Position numbers and translations under genes: made by a program. The notes beneath the pieces were generated by a model, which ran no database searches, was not told where the DNA came from, and worked only from the letters and a program-made list of their open reading frames with translations. A stretch of 64,000 bases of DNA from positions 33,131 to 97,130 of the forward strand of contig JAABRE010000006.1 in assembly GCA_011391125.1 (NCBI GenBank). Reading direction: 5' to 3'. Of this stretch, positions 1-11,009 are shown piece by piece. Source of the DNA: Synechococcales cyanobacterium S06 (GTDB lineage Bacteria > Cyanobacteriota > Cyanobacteriia > Cyanobacteriales > JAABRE01). Position 1 is the first letter of the stretch, and every line of letters starts with the position of its first letter.

Positions 1-150
1 ATTAAAGATTATCTTAACATCGAAAATGATCACGATTTACCAGAAATGATTGATGAAAATACTAGAAATATTTTACCTTTAAGACCAATTAATAAAGGTT
101 TTAGCCCTAAAAAACCTTATTCTCGCTCTTCAAAAAAGGACAAATTTTAA
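1..150 (+). CDS. 3' end of an ORF running in from the left edge (possibly a restriction endonuclease paired with the convergent MTase)
   Basis: Frame +1 is open from base 1 (IKDYLNIENDHDLPEM...KKDKF) to TAA at 148-150, convergent with the MTase; the function is a guess. Confidence 0.4.
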   Translation: MKDYLNIENDHDLPEMIDENTRNILPLRPINKGFSPKKPYSRSSKKDKF

Positions 151-168
151 GTTTTATTCCCTTAAGTA

Positions 169-1143
169 TTAGCCAAAATTCAATAACATTTGTTCTGATT
201 TTTCAGTATTTTGTGATTTCTTCTTTGTGTTTAAATTGCTTAAATTGTTAAGCAAACTGGATTGATATTCGTCTATTCTTTCTTTTATTTTTTTAATATA
301 TTTTTCCTCTTTTTCAATTCCTAAATAATGACGATTAAGATTTAAACAAGCTAAAGCTGTTGAACCTGAACCCATAAAAGGATCTAAAACCAGCATATTT
401 TCATTACTACTTGCTGTAATAATTCTTTCAATTAATTGAATCGGTTTTTGGGTTGGATGGTATCTTTGTTCTTGGTAAAAATTAAGATCACTCCAAACAT
501 CTGTCACACCCATTTCAATGTTAAAAACTGATGCTATGTCTTCATAAGGATATTGAAAATCCAGAATATTTTGTAATTTTTCCCACATTTCTTTGGTGGG
601 AACTTGAGCTAAAATATTATTACCTGTGTAGAGTGACCACATTCCACCTCCATTAGATTTAACTCCTAATTTTTCATTAATTTCTAATGATGTTAAACCT
701 AATTCTTTTTGTCTTTGTTTGAGAATTTTTTTGATAAAAGGACGACTATCATAAATAAAAAATAATAAACTTTCTGTCACATTAGGAAACATTTTATATC
801 CTTTGGTAGCACGTCCTCCTATTGCCTTGATTCCTTTATCTATAATAATTTGTTGTCGAAAATTAAATCCTAAATCAATTATTGGTTGATATAAGTAAAA
901 TAAGTTTCTTAAATAACCAAATAAATATAAACTTCCCGATAATTTAATTACTCTTGATATTTCAGGAAGCCATTGTAAACACCATTTTACATAATCTTCT
1001 TCGGTTCGCCATTGATAATCCCATTTTTGTTGTACCACTTTCCAATAAGGAGGATCAAGAATTATTAAATCCATACTTCTATCTGGTAATTCTTTTAATA
1101 TTTCGATGCAGTCACCATGAATAATTTGATCGATATATTTCAT
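169..1143 (-). CDS. Beta-class N6-adenine/N4-cytosine DNA methyltransferase
   Basis: DPPY near the N-terminus, HPTQKP, and DPFMGSGST SAM-binding motif near the C-terminus. Confidence 0.9.
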   Translation of the reverse strand: MKYIDQIIHGDCIEILKELPDRSMDLIILDPPYWKVVQQKWDYQWRTEEDYVKWCLQWLPEISRVIKLSGSLYLFGYLRNLFYLYQPIIDLGFNFRQQIIIDKGIKAIGGRATKGYKMFPNVTESLLFFIYDSRPFIKKILKQRQKELGLTSLEINEKLGVKSNGGGMWSLYTGNNILAQVPTKEMWEKLQNILDFQYPYEDIASVFNIEMGVTDVWSDLNFYQEQRYHPTQKPIQLIERIITASSNENMLVLDPFMGSGSTALACLNLNRHYLGIEKEEKYIKKIKERIDEYQSSLLNNLSNLNTKKKSQNTEKSEQMLLNFG

Positions 1144-1349
1144 TTTATTTTCCTTTAATTTTTTTAAAACAATAAACTATATTATAGCACTTTTCAAATG
1201 GATAAACCACCTTGTTGGTAAGGTTAACGGGAGAGTCTGTCAATATATTAGACTCTAATATTTAAGATGGTGGGTAACTACGCGAATCAAAATTTAGTCG
1301 TTTTTCCTCACAATTAATCTCGCTGCTAACCCACCCTACCATGTATTCT

Positions 1350-2315
1350 TTAATAAAAAATATTGTACCAAAATAAAGGCGAAAAATTAGGAATTAAATT
1401 TGTTATCGTTAGACAAATTACACCAATAACCATAATCAAAGAGGCCAAAATTCTTTCTTGAAAATGGGCTTCTTTAAATAACAAATTCCCGAAGATTACT
1501 TTGAAAATGTTACTTAATCTTTTGACGGCGATGGCATATGCTGTTACAGTCAAATTTAAAGCCACCATTTGAGAAAACATTACTCCTGCATTAATTAAAC
1601 CTATACAAATTAAAATTAACCACTCTTGAGGTTTAGGAAAATTCGACGCATTTTTAATTTCTTTAATCACAAAAGGAAACAGAAAAATCCCAATGGTAAA
1701 TAAGACAATACAGCCCCAAAAAATGGTTTTTTGGAATTCATTTGTTCCTGTAAGACTACTAAGTGCAACTTTGGATAAACTCATGGTTACACTCCATAAA
1801 AAGGCTGCGATAACGGTGTTTCTTAAATTCGGATTAATCCAAATGGATTTCAGTGGTTCTAAATAATTTTTATCTAAACTTTCAAGATTAAGAATATAAG
1901 AGCCAATAAAAATCAAAAAAACGCCAATTATTCCGCCAAAACTAGGTAATTCAGTGGCAATATTATAATTAGAAATAAACAGAAATAGGGGCGAAATAAA
2001 TAGTAAAAATACAGGAGTTAAGCAAGTTAAAGGAGCGATTAAAGATAAATCGGCATTTTGTAAAGAACTATAATAATTTCCATAAGCAATTACATTAAAA
2101 ATCCCACATAATAATAAACAAATCCAAAAAATATAACTATCAATGCTGGGAATACCTAACCAAATCACAAAGGGAATTAGAAACAAACTACCAAAGAAAG
2201 TTATGCCCCAGCTAATGGTATAAGGTAAAAAATTAGCATTTTTTAAACCTTTGGTACTAATCAGATCTATGATGGTATCAAAAATGGCTGAACTCAAAGC
2301 AAAAGCAAACCACAT
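1350..2315 (-). CDS. EamA/DMT family transporter
   Basis: ~10 hydrophobic helices in two repeats; ADLSLIAPL motif. Confidence 0.8.
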   Translation of the reverse strand: MWFAFALSSAIFDTIIDLISTKGLKNANFLPYTISWGITFFGSLFLIPFVIWLGIPSIDSYIFWICLLLCGIFNVIAYGNYYSSLQNADLSLIAPLTCLTPVFLLFISPLFLFISNYNIATELPSFGGIIGVFLIFIGSYILNLESLDKNYLEPLKSIWINPNLRNTVIAAFLWSVTMSLSKVALSSLTGTNEFQKTIFWGCIVLFTIGIFLFPFVIKEIKNASNFPKPQEWLILICIGLINAGVMFSQMVALNLTVTAYAIAVKRLSNIFKVIFGNLLFKEAHFQERILASLIMVIGVICLTITNLIPNFSPLFWYNIFY

Positions 2316-2501
2316 AAAATAATTTTCCTAATCAAAAATGTCAAGACATCTAATACCAATTAATTTCCTTTAATCTGTAATACGCTAATTTTCATCCAAT
2401 TTTTTGAATATTTATTTCAGGAAAATCGGCTTGCTATTCCTCTGGCCAATTGTAGTAGTAATTGTCCGAATTACTACTACAATTTAATCTTTTCCGATTA
2501 G

Positions 2502-3428
2502 TTATTTAACAATTTCTACAGGAGAAACTGCTAATTTAACTTCACTTTTGGTCACGGTTTTTTCTAATTTTTGTTTGATAAATTCCTGTTGTTTTGAACG
2601 AGCGATCGCGTATAAAATTATCGCTGGACCTAATCCTAAAATAATACCTAAACCCACGGGGATATAAATACCTCCAGCTATGCTCATAATCATGGCAAAA
2701 CCGAAGTTTCCAACATACACTATTAAGGGTAAATTTAGGTTAAGATCCGCTAATTTTACGGGCTTCAAATTCCAAATTAAAGTTGCCACGGTCATAAAAA
2801 CAACCCCAGTTCCAAACCAACCCGCAAAGTTTTGATAGGGCATTCCAAAAAAGGCGCCGGGTTGATCCCATGCCCAAAATGGCACTGAAGTTTGACTCAT
2901 GGCTGGATCTAGGACAAAATCCCAAGAAGTTAGCAGTAAAGAACCAAGGGCGATCGCCCCTGTGGTAGTTAACCAACTTGCCTTAAACCTACTTTCCAAG
3001 CCAACTCTGGCTAATAAATAGGCGCTAAAACCAAGATAAAACCATGATAAAGGAATGGTAAAAGGTACTAAACCCGCAATTTTATAGCCCAAATTTTCAA
3101 GATAATGATAATGACCGAAGGGGAAACCAGTGCTAGTGCCTAATAATTCACTGCTGAGAGAAAGACCAATAGAAGGAATCATAAAACCTAACCAGTGTTG
3201 GAGTCCCAAACTACGGTAGGCGTAAATAGCGACGGAGATGGTGGCCAACACCATATAAACCACAGCTCCACCGGCCATTGACCAACGAAACACCACTTGT
3301 CCAAATTCTGATAAACCCAGAATTACATTAAGATTAGGGATAACAAGCAAGATGCCGATCAAGCCAAAAGCCATGGAAATCAGATGACCAATCAAAAACC
3401 AATTCTCAATACTTACTGTTTTTTTCAT
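2502..3428 (-). CDS. cruF: Carotenoid 1'-hydroxylase (myxoxanthophyll pathway)
   Basis: SELLGTSTGFPFGHY, WDFVLDPAM and GMPYQNFAGW motifs typical of CruF. Confidence 0.85.
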   Translation of the reverse strand: MKKTVSIENWFLIGHLISMAFGLIGILLVIPNLNVILGLSEFGQVVFRWSMAGGAVVYMVLATISVAIYAYRSLGLQHWLGFMIPSIGLSLSSELLGTSTGFPFGHYHYLENLGYKIAGLVPFTIPLSWFYLGFSAYLLARVGLESRFKASWLTTTGAIALGSLLLTSWDFVLDPAMSQTSVPFWAWDQPGAFFGMPYQNFAGWFGTGVVFMTVATLIWNLKPVKLADLNLNLPLIVYVGNFGFAMIMSIAGGIYIPVGLGIILGLGPAIILYAIARSKQQEFIKQKLEKTVTKSEVKLAVSPVEIVK

Positions 3429-3636
3429 CTAAAATTTATCCTTTTTTCTAAGCATTATCCATTTGATTAATTATAGTTTATAAAGTTTTGTTACATTTTT
3501 TGTATTTTTGTATAGAAAAGGGTTCTTAATTTCGAGAGAAAGCGGGAAAATTAATCTCAATAGCTACAAAAATGGTTAAGATAAAGGCAATTGACAAATG
3601 ATTTATAATGCGCTTAATCGCAACTAAAAACTAATT

Positions 3637-4857
3637 ATGAATATAACTTCTAAAAATAAACAAATAATAATTCGGCCGGTACAATATCGAGACTTAGAGT
3701 CCATCGCACTTTTAGCCACAAACCATTGTAATAGTCAACAGGAAGCGGAAACTTTAGTACAACAATTGATATCCATTCGTCCCTGGTATCCTCTATTCAA
3801 GTTTTTAAGTTTATTTCCGAATCCGTTGAGACATGATTTTAATGTCTATATTGCGGAACAGAATGAACAATTGCGAGGTTTAATCCAAGTATGTCCCTTT
3901 AATCGTACTCGTAGTACCTGGAAAGTGGAGCGTATTTTAGTTAATAATAATGTGTTTCAAGACACTTTATTAACAGGAAGAAAAAGCGTTGGTACTCAAT
4001 TATTAAGATACTGTTTAGAACACATTTGGGAAGCGAGAACATGGGTATTAGAAGTTAATATTAATGATGACAAAACTTTAGCAATTTATCGGGAAAATGG
4101 CTTTCAACCTTTAGCAGAAATGACCTATTGGGAATTAAAGCCAGAATTGTTAAGTAAATTAGCAGAAACTGAGCCTGATTTACCCAATTTATTAAATGTT
4201 AGTAATGCGGATGCTAACTTATTATACCAGTTAGATTGTGTGGCCATGCCGCCGATTTTAAGACAAGTTTTTGATCGTCATTTGAACGACTTTAAAACTG
4301 GTTTATTCGCCTCTTTAATTAATAAATTAAAACACTGGTTTGGTAAAAGGGAAATTGTGAAGGGATATGTATTTGAACCGCAAAGAAAAGCGGCGATCGG
4401 TTATTATGAATTAGAACTTTGTAAAGATGGAACGACAGCACATAAAGCGCAATTAATAGTGCATCCAGCCTATACTTGGTTATACCCTAAATTAGTGTGT
4501 CAAATGGCACAAACCGTAAACAATTATCCCAATCAAAGCTTAGAATTAGCATCAGCAGACTATCAACCAGAAAGAGAAGAATATTTAACCAAAATAGGCG
4601 CTTATCCTCTTGACAATACTTTATTGATGTCACGTTCAGTCTGGCATAAAATCAGAGAAATTAAGCCATTAGAGGCCTTACAATTATCAGAAGTATTGCA
4701 AGGACTTCAACCAGTTAGAACACCAATACCCAGTCGATTTTCCTGGTTACAAAATTCAGTAAACTTAAAACATATTCATGAAAAAAACGAAGCTAAAAAC
4801 CATACTTCGGGGAAAAAAGAAAATAGCAATTTAACGGATTTTGAAGATCAAAATTAG
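3637..4857 (+). CDS. Cyanobacterial GNAT-family acetyltransferase
   Basis: GTQLLRYC...WVLEVN...ALAIYRENGFQPLA-like GNAT motifs. Confidence 0.8.
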   Translation: MNITSKNKQIIIRPVQYRDLESIALLATNHCNSQQEAETLVQQLISIRPWYPLFKFLSLFPNPLRHDFNVYIAEQNEQLRGLIQVCPFNRTRSTWKVERILVNNNVFQDTLLTGRKSVGTQLLRYCLEHIWEARTWVLEVNINDDKTLAIYRENGFQPLAEMTYWELKPELLSKLAETEPDLPNLLNVSNADANLLYQLDCVAMPPILRQVFDRHLNDFKTGLFASLINKLKHWFGKREIVKGYVFEPQRKAAIGYYELELCKDGTTAHKAQLIVHPAYTWLYPKLVCQMAQTVNNYPNQSLELASADYQPEREEYLTKIGAYPLDNTLLMSRSVWHKIREIKPLEALQLSEVLQGLQPVRTPIPSRFSWLQNSVNLKHIHEKNEAKNHTSGKKENSNLTDFEDQN

Positions 4858-5165
4858 ACTCCCCCTCTCCTCGTGGGAGAGCAAGGAAACTGTTTCAAAG
4901 TAAATTTTGCTATTTTTGAAACTCTTGCCTAATATGAGTTTAAATACCTTTTTCATAATATTTAAAAAACAGGTTTTAACTATTATGAAATATTCTCCCC
5001 TCACCCTCAGGGAGAGGGGTTGGGGGTGAGGGTCTTAAAATTTTGAGATTGACGCAACAAACGGTTTCCCTGTGTGGGAGAGAGTTGGGGGTGAGGGTCT
5101 TAAAATTTTGAGATTGACGCAAGAAACGGTTTCCCTGTGTCGGAGAAGGGTTGGGAGTGAGGGCA
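4858..5165. repeat. GGGAGAGGGG/CCCCTCTCC-type intergenic repeats, including a ~65-bp tandem duplication
   Basis: GTTGGGGGTGAGGGTCTTAAAATTTTGAGATTGACGCAA-AAACGGTTTCCCTGTGT occurs twice in tandem (~5019-5075 and ~5084-5140), between convergent genes. Confidence 0.85.
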
Positions 5166-5168
5166 AAC

Positions 5169-6035
5169 TCAAAGAGTCAAAGCAATTTGATAAATGTAAT
5201 TTCGACTCTGGGAAATTAACTCAGTTAAATGACGACTTGCTTGAGTTTTACTCATACCTTGAGCTAATAATTGTTGTAATTCGGCCTTAATTTCTTCATC
5301 GGAAAGATCGGGGATATTCTGCTCATTATTACCCGCAACTATCAGGGTAAATTCGCCGAGAATTTGCGTTTTATTTTGATATAAATTAACAGCATCTTCT
5401 AAATTTCCGCGCCAAAATTCCTCATATAACTTAGTTAATTCCCTAGCAATAGTAATTTTTCTTTGATCACCAAAAACCGTTTTTAAATCGGTTAAAGTTG
5501 CCAAAATTCGATGGGGAGATTCATAAAAAATAATCGTTCGAGACTCACTTTTAAAACTTTGTAAATGGGCAATTCTTGGCTTACTTTTAGGAGGTAAAAA
5601 ACCCTCAAAAATAAACTTATCAGTGGGTAGGCCTGACGCAACTAAAGCAGTAATTGCAGCCGTCGGACCAGGAATGGGAATAACAGTAATTCCCTCATTT
5701 ATACAATAATTAATTATCTCATAACCGGGGTCAGAAATACCCGGCATTCCTGCATCAGTAACTAAGGCAATATTTTCCCCCTCTTTTAAGCGATTTAATA
5801 ACTCATTTTCCCGCAATTTACTATTATGTTGGTGGTAACTAATTTGGGGAGTTTTAATCTGAAAATGATGTAAAAGTTTACCAGTGTGTCGGGTATCTTC
5901 TGAGGCAATTAAATTAACATTTTGTAATATTTTCAAGGCCCGAAAAGTAATATCCTCTAAATTACCAATGGGAGTACCAACAATATATAAAATACCGACT
6001 TTAGTTGAGTCTTGACTGTTCATTTTAAGCAACAA
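5169..6035 (-). CDS. rsmI: 16S rRNA (C1402) 2'-O-methyltransferase
   Basis: LYIVGTPIGNLEDIT, EDTRHT, DAGMPGISDPG, ARELTKLYEE. Confidence 0.95.
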   Translation of the reverse strand: MLLKMNSQDSTKVGILYIVGTPIGNLEDITFRALKILQNVNLIASEDTRHTGKLLHHFQIKTPQISYHQHNSKLRENELLNRLKEGENIALVTDAGMPGISDPGYEIINYCINEGITVIPIPGPTAAITALVASGLPTDKFIFEGFLPPKSKPRIAHLQSFKSESRTIIFYESPHRILATLTDLKTVFGDQRKITIARELTKLYEEFWRGNLEDAVNLYQNKTQILGEFTLIVAGNNEQNIPDLSDEEIKAELQQLLAQGMSKTQASRHLTELISQSRNYIYQIALTL

Positions 6036-6219
6036 GATATTGTGACTATTAATAATATTTGCTAGTTAAAAATAAAAGGTAAAATGTAAAGTAATATTAC
6101 AATATATGAGATTTTTGGTTTTTATTTTTGTAGCCATTGCTATAATAAAAAAAAATTATCATACCTACTTTTTTAAGTTTAACTAATAAAATATCTTAAT
6201 ATTATCCTAAAATAAGGCT

Positions 6220-6906
6220 ATGAACACAGAAAATAAAACACCAATTAAGATCGATCAATATTTTATGAATGCTCGCACAAGATTCGATTTAATTGACTTA
6301 ATACCCAATGATGTAACGAGAGTTCTGGAAATTGGTTGTGGAATCGGTAAGACTGGTAAAGCTCTTTTTGAGAAGAAACAATGTAAAATAGTTGGTTTAG
6401 ATATTAGTGATCAAGTTATTTCAATTGCTAACCAACAAAATTGTTATGAAAAATTAATTGTCGCTGATTTAGATCAATCATTTATTCCCACAGAAATTGA
6501 AAACGAAAAATTTGATTGTATTCTATATCCAGATGTTTTAGAACATTTAAAAGACCCCTGGAAAGTTGTTAATATTCATACTAATAATCTCTTAAATGCC
6601 AACGGATATCTGATTGCTAGCATTCCGAATATTCGACATTTTTCTATTCTTAAAGACTTATTTTTAAAAGGAAATTGGCAATATCAAAATATGGGAATTT
6701 TAGATCGAACTCATCTTCGTTTTTTTACAAAAAAAACCATGGTAAATTTATTTCAGCAATCAGATAACCAATTAACAATTAATCTGGTAAAATCCAGAGG
6801 TTTATCTGGTCCAAAATATCTCAAAATGCTTAATAAATTAATGTTTAATTATTTAGAAGAATTGTTAACTATTCAATATTTAATTGTGGCACAAAAAAAA
6901 GAGTAA
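6220..6906 (+). CDS. Class I SAM-dependent methyltransferase (glycan-associated)
   Basis: VLEIGCGIG, DVLEHLKDP, GILDRTHLRFFT. Confidence 0.85.
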   Translation: MNTENKTPIKIDQYFMNARTRFDLIDLIPNDVTRVLEIGCGIGKTGKALFEKKQCKIVGLDISDQVISIANQQNCYEKLIVADLDQSFIPTEIENEKFDCILYPDVLEHLKDPWKVVNIHTNNLLNANGYLIASIPNIRHFSILKDLFLKGNWQYQNMGILDRTHLRFFTKKTMVNLFQQSDNQLTINLVKSRGLSGPKYLKMLNKLMFNYLEELLTIQYLIVAQKKE

Positions 6907-6911
6907 AAACG

Positions 6912-7670
6912 ATGAAAAATTTAGTTATTATATCCTTGTGGACAGAAGGTAGTATTCAACCGCTGTTAAATTTACTTAAACAAATAACTATCATTGAAGC
7001 AGGAGTAGATTTTGAACTGGCAATTGTTTGCAATACCAATAATTCAAATCAAGAAAAATTTTTATTAAATTTAGAATCTAAAAAAATAAAAATTTTAATC
7101 CGAGAAAATACAGGTTTTAATATAGGAGCTTGGGATTATGGGTGGAGAAATTTACCACCTTCGGATAATTATTTATTTCTCCAAGATGATTGTTATATCT
7201 TACGTAGAGGATGGCTTAAAGCATTTGTAGATAAATTTGAGCAAGACTCAAATATGGGACTTTTAGGAGAATCTTTGAATTGGAATTTTTTATGGGAAAA
7301 AGCCCCTCCTAGTAAGAAAGAAGATGCCATATTGTATAGAAATTTTTTGGCGAAAAATCAAATACCAGAAGGAGATACTGCAAGACATTTACAATCTTTG
7401 ATATTATTTACATCACGTTCAATTTTAGAGCAAATTAATGGTTTTATAATTGCTGATACTTATAGAGAAGCGATCGCGTCTGAAATTGCCATTTCCCAAA
7501 AAGTAGAAGCTTTAAATTATGAAATAAATCAAGTAAAACCTAATCATCCTTTTTACTATATTTGCCATCCTCAATGGAAAAATAGAAGGCGAAAAATGGA
7601 TAGATTAACTAATTTTATTGCTAATCCATATTATCCTTTTTTAATCGAAAACATAAAAAAAATATTTTAA
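6912..7670 (+). CDS. Putative glycosyltransferase (GT-A-like)
   Basis: RENTGFNIGAW and FLQDD (DxD-like); polysaccharide gene context. Confidence 0.55.
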   Translation: MKNLVIISLWTEGSIQPLLNLLKQITIIEAGVDFELAIVCNTNNSNQEKFLLNLESKKIKILIRENTGFNIGAWDYGWRNLPPSDNYLFLQDDCYILRRGWLKAFVDKFEQDSNMGLLGESLNWNFLWEKAPPSKKEDAILYRNFLAKNQIPEGDTARHLQSLILFTSRSILEQINGFIIADTYREAIASEIAISQKVEALNYEINQVKPNHPFYYICHPQWKNRRRKMDRLTNFIANPYYPFLIENIKKIF

Positions 7671-7693
7671 GTATAAAAAAATAATAATGAATT

Positions 7694-8551
7694 ATGAAAA
7701 AACAAGGCTTATTTATCGGATTAACCACCTTAGATTTCATTTATTTAAGTGAAAAATTACCCGGAATAAATGAGAAAATTGTCGCAGAAAATGACACAAT
7801 TGCAGCAGGAGGACCGGCTACAAATGCAGCAGTTACCTTTAGTTATTTAGCCAATGAATCCAAATTAGTTACAGTTTTAGGTAAACATATCATTAGTAAT
7901 TTAATTAAGGCAGATTTAGCGGATTTTAATATTAATATTTGTGATGTTTTTCCTGATAATTGTAGTTCTCCTCCCGTATCTTCCATTATAGTTAATAAAG
8001 GGACAGGATTACGCTCAATCATCTCCATAAATGCCACCAAAATTCAGGGAAAAAAGGAGCAATTACCTGCTAATATTTTAACGGGAATAGATATTATTTT
8101 AATAGACGGTCATCAAATAGAAATCAGCGAATATTTAGCTAAATTAGGTAAGCAAAATAATATCCCCATTGTCATAGATGGTGGAAGTTGGAAAACTGGT
8201 TTTGAGCGAATTTTACCCGTTGTCGATTATGCAATTTGTTCCGCTAATTTTTATCCCCCAAATTGTCATAATCAAGAAGAAGTTTTTGCTTTTTTATCTA
8301 CTTTTAATATCCCGAATATTGCCATTACCCAAGGAGAAAAACCACTGCAATATTTAACTAATAATATTCGGGGAGAAATCACAGTCAATCCCATTAAACC
8401 AGTGGATACATTAGGAGCAGGAGATATATTTCATGGCGCATTTTGTCACTATATTTTACAAGAAAATTTTACCACAGCCTTACAATCTGCGGCTAAAATT
8501 GCTTCCTATTCTTGTCAATATTTCGGTACAAGAAACTGGATGAAAACCTAG
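7694..8551 (+). CDS. PfkB family carbohydrate kinase
   Basis: GGPATNAA and VDTLGAGDIFHGAF signatures. Confidence 0.9.
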   Translation: MKKQGLFIGLTTLDFIYLSEKLPGINEKIVAENDTIAAGGPATNAAVTFSYLANESKLVTVLGKHIISNLIKADLADFNINICDVFPDNCSSPPVSSIIVNKGTGLRSIISINATKIQGKKEQLPANILTGIDIILIDGHQIEISEYLAKLGKQNNIPIVIDGGSWKTGFERILPVVDYAICSANFYPPNCHNQEEVFAFLSTFNIPNIAITQGEKPLQYLTNNIRGEITVNPIKPVDTLGAGDIFHGAFCHYILQENFTTALQSAAKIASYSCQYFGTRNWMKT

Positions 8552-8552
8552 T

Positions 8553-9530
8553 TTAATTAAGTTTAAGTCTGGTTTTCATTCTGTCTATTTTTAACCTAAA
8601 ATAGCGTTTAAAAAATAAACTTCTTCTCTGCAAATCAGACATTTTTATCCATTTTTTATACTCAGGAAAAGCATAATTTTCAAAAAAATTGATCCAATCT
8701 TGAGTAATTTTTTCCTGACTAAATTCCTGAACTCTTTCTTGTCCATTTTTTATCATAGACAAATATAATTGGGGATCATTTTTTAGCATTTTTATAGCTT
8801 CAATTGTCTCGTCAAGAGAATTAACCATCAGGAAATCTAACTCAGATTTTCTCACCGCTAAAAAACCAGATTCTGGAGCTAAAATTGCCGGAACTTTACC
8901 TAACCAAGCATTAATTAATTTGATTGCTCCTTTATTAATATAAATCTTTTTTTGAAAATCCCTAACTGCGACAATAACATCAATGTTACTGTAATCATTC
9001 CATTTATTGCTCTGAAAAATAGGCAACCAATTGCAACCAATATCTTTTAATTTATCTATCCATTGTGAGGATAATAAAACTTGATCTAATTGGCCTTTAC
9101 TCCCTATATAAGCGATATTTTCGATCAAAGAACCACGTTTTTCTTGACGAGGTATTATTCCCGACATTGGCCAATGTTGTAAATAATAAGGAAACCAAAT
9201 TGAATTAATATTTTGCTGAAAATCATTGATATTATGAGTAATATGTATATGAGCTGAAGGATGATATTCTCGATCGCTTTTTGCACAAATTAACATTAGC
9301 TTTTCCAAAAAAGGATAACTATTTCCTAATGTATCTCGATCTGCTAAAATAATTCCTTCAGTGGGCATTTTGGTAGCAATTTCACAAGGTAAACCGGCTT
9401 TTTTAAAATTAAAATATGTTTGTCCAATCCAAGGTGTAAAATTACTATGATGAAAAACCCATTGACGATAATCCTTTTCCAATAATTCCTGCTGTTGTTT
9501 ACTGGGACCGTAAAAATAAATTTTTTCCAT
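8553..9530 (-). CDS. Putative glycosyltransferase (GT-B-like)
   Basis: C-terminal KLINAWLGKVPAIL...GQERVQEFS resembles the GT1/GT4 C-domain. Confidence 0.55.
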   Translation of the reverse strand: MEKIYFYGPSKQQQELLEKDYRQWVFHHSNFTPWIGQTYFNFKKAGLPCEIATKMPTEGIILADRDTLGNSYPFLEKLMLICAKSDREYHPSAHIHITHNINDFQQNINSIWFPYYLQHWPMSGIIPRQEKRGSLIENIAYIGSKGQLDQVLLSSQWIDKLKDIGCNWLPIFQSNKWNDYSNIDVIVAVRDFQKKIYINKGAIKLINAWLGKVPAILAPESGFLAVRKSELDFLMVNSLDETIEAIKMLKNDPQLYLSMIKNGQERVQEFSQEKITQDWINFFENYAFPEYKKWIKMSDLQRRSLFFKRYFRLKIDRMKTRLKLN

Positions 9531-9590
9531 TTTTTTTCCTTATTGTCTCAATTATTTTTTAAAATAACACAAGTTTAATTAACCAAAAAA

Positions 9591-10538
9591 ATGTCCTATA
9601 CTCACGAAAAACAAATCGCCATTGAAGCTTGCATCGCTGCTGCTAAAATATGTGAACAAGTCCGCCAACATATCCCGGAGGCGATCGAAAAAAACGATCG
9701 CTCCCCCGTCACCGTCGCTGATTTTGGCGCACAGGCGATCGTCTGTAAAGCTTTAGCAGAAGCATTTCCAGCCGATCCCGTTGTCGGGGAAGAAGAGGCC
9801 GCCACCCTGAAAACCAATCCTGAAACTTTGGCCAAAGTAACGGAATATGTACAAGCAATCATACCCGCAGCCACCCCAGATAATGTCGTCAACTGGATTG
9901 ATCACGGGAAAGTTGAGTTGGGAAACCGTTATTGGACATTAGACCCCATTGACGGAACAAAAGGATTTTTGCGCCAAGACCAATATGCGATCGCCCTTGC
10001 GTTGATTGAAGAAGGCGAGATTAAAGTCGGCGTATTAGCCTGCCCAGCCTTATCATTCAACGGTGAAAAGGGTTTGTTATTCGTTGCCGTAAGGGGCGAA
10101 GGTGCAACCATGGTCAACCTAGCTGGCGGTACACCCCAACCCATAAAAGTAAGCGAAAGTCCCGAAAAAATGAGGTTTGTGGAGTCAGTGGAATCAGGAC
10201 ATGGTGATCAAAGCAAACAAAATGCGATCGCCCAGCAAGCTGGAATAACCAGTCCATCTTTGAGGATGGACAGTCAGGCAAAATATGCGGCTGTCGCAGC
10301 AGGGGAAGCGGCCTTATATTTGCGTCTCCCTTCGCCAAAAACGCCCGATTACAGGGAGAAAATCTGGGATCATGCGGCCGGAGTCATTGTGGTGGAAGAA
10401 GCGGGCGGAAAGGTCACAGATATGGAGGGAAAACCCCTTGATTTTAGTTTAGGGGCAAAACTGATTAATAATCAGGGAGTTATTGTTAGTAATGGCGTAA
10501 TTCATGACACTGTAATTGCAGCTTTACAAGGGAATTAA
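9591..10538 (+). CDS. 3'(2'),5'-bisphosphate nucleotidase (HAL2-like)
   Basis: SPVTVADF, WTLDPIDGTKGF, DSQAKY, EKIWDHAAG. Confidence 0.9.
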   Translation: MSYTHEKQIAIEACIAAAKICEQVRQHIPEAIEKNDRSPVTVADFGAQAIVCKALAEAFPADPVVGEEEAATLKTNPETLAKVTEYVQAIIPAATPDNVVNWIDHGKVELGNRYWTLDPIDGTKGFLRQDQYAIALALIEEGEIKVGVLACPALSFNGEKGLLFVAVRGEGATMVNLAGGTPQPIKVSESPEKMRFVESVESGHGDQSKQNAIAQQAGITSPSLRMDSQAKYAAVAAGEAALYLRLPSPKTPDYREKIWDHAAGVIVVEEAGGKVTDMEGKPLDFSLGAKLINNQGVIVSNGVIHDTVIAALQGN

Positions 10539-10628
10539 AGCCATTTAAAATGAGGGAAGGTGGGCAATAAATATAATTATTTTCTGATCAGAATAGATTA
10601 AAAAATTGCCCACCCTACTTAAGATTAC

Positions 10629-10904
10629 CTATAACTTATGTTCTGCTAATATTTTTTCCACCTTCGCTTCTTCAATTTTAGAACTAATTTTATTAGATTC
10701 ATGAATATCCCTTTGGGTTTTAGTCAAACTCACCGTAGAACCCACGGTAAATAATAAACCCATCCCCATATAACCCTTAATCCAATTATCCACAGGAAGA
10801 TAGATAATGCCCAGGGAAGTAGCACCAATTGAAACCACAAAAGATAACCATGTTTGAAGAATCCATGCGGTGCTATGATCTTGATTAATAACTTGTTTTG
10901 CCAT
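10629..10904 (-). CDS. YiaA/YiaB family two-helix membrane protein
   Basis: W..QTWLSF...DNWIKGYMGMG...SLTKTQRD. Confidence 0.8.
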   Translation of the reverse strand: MAKQVINQDHSTAWILQTWLSFVVSIGATSLGIIYLPVDNWIKGYMGMGLLFTVGSTVSLTKTQRDIHESNKISSKIEEAKVEKILAEHKL

Positions 10905-11009
10905 TTTTTATTACCTCGAAAAAAATAAAATTATTAAAGAATAACTGCGTCACAATTAACAATTATTAATTTTAAAAAATTGGTCTGTGTGACACACCCG
11001 ACAAAATGA

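Noticed and set aside
5072-5290. 72-aa ORF on +
   Set aside because: It is made of repeat sequence and overlaps rsmI antisense.
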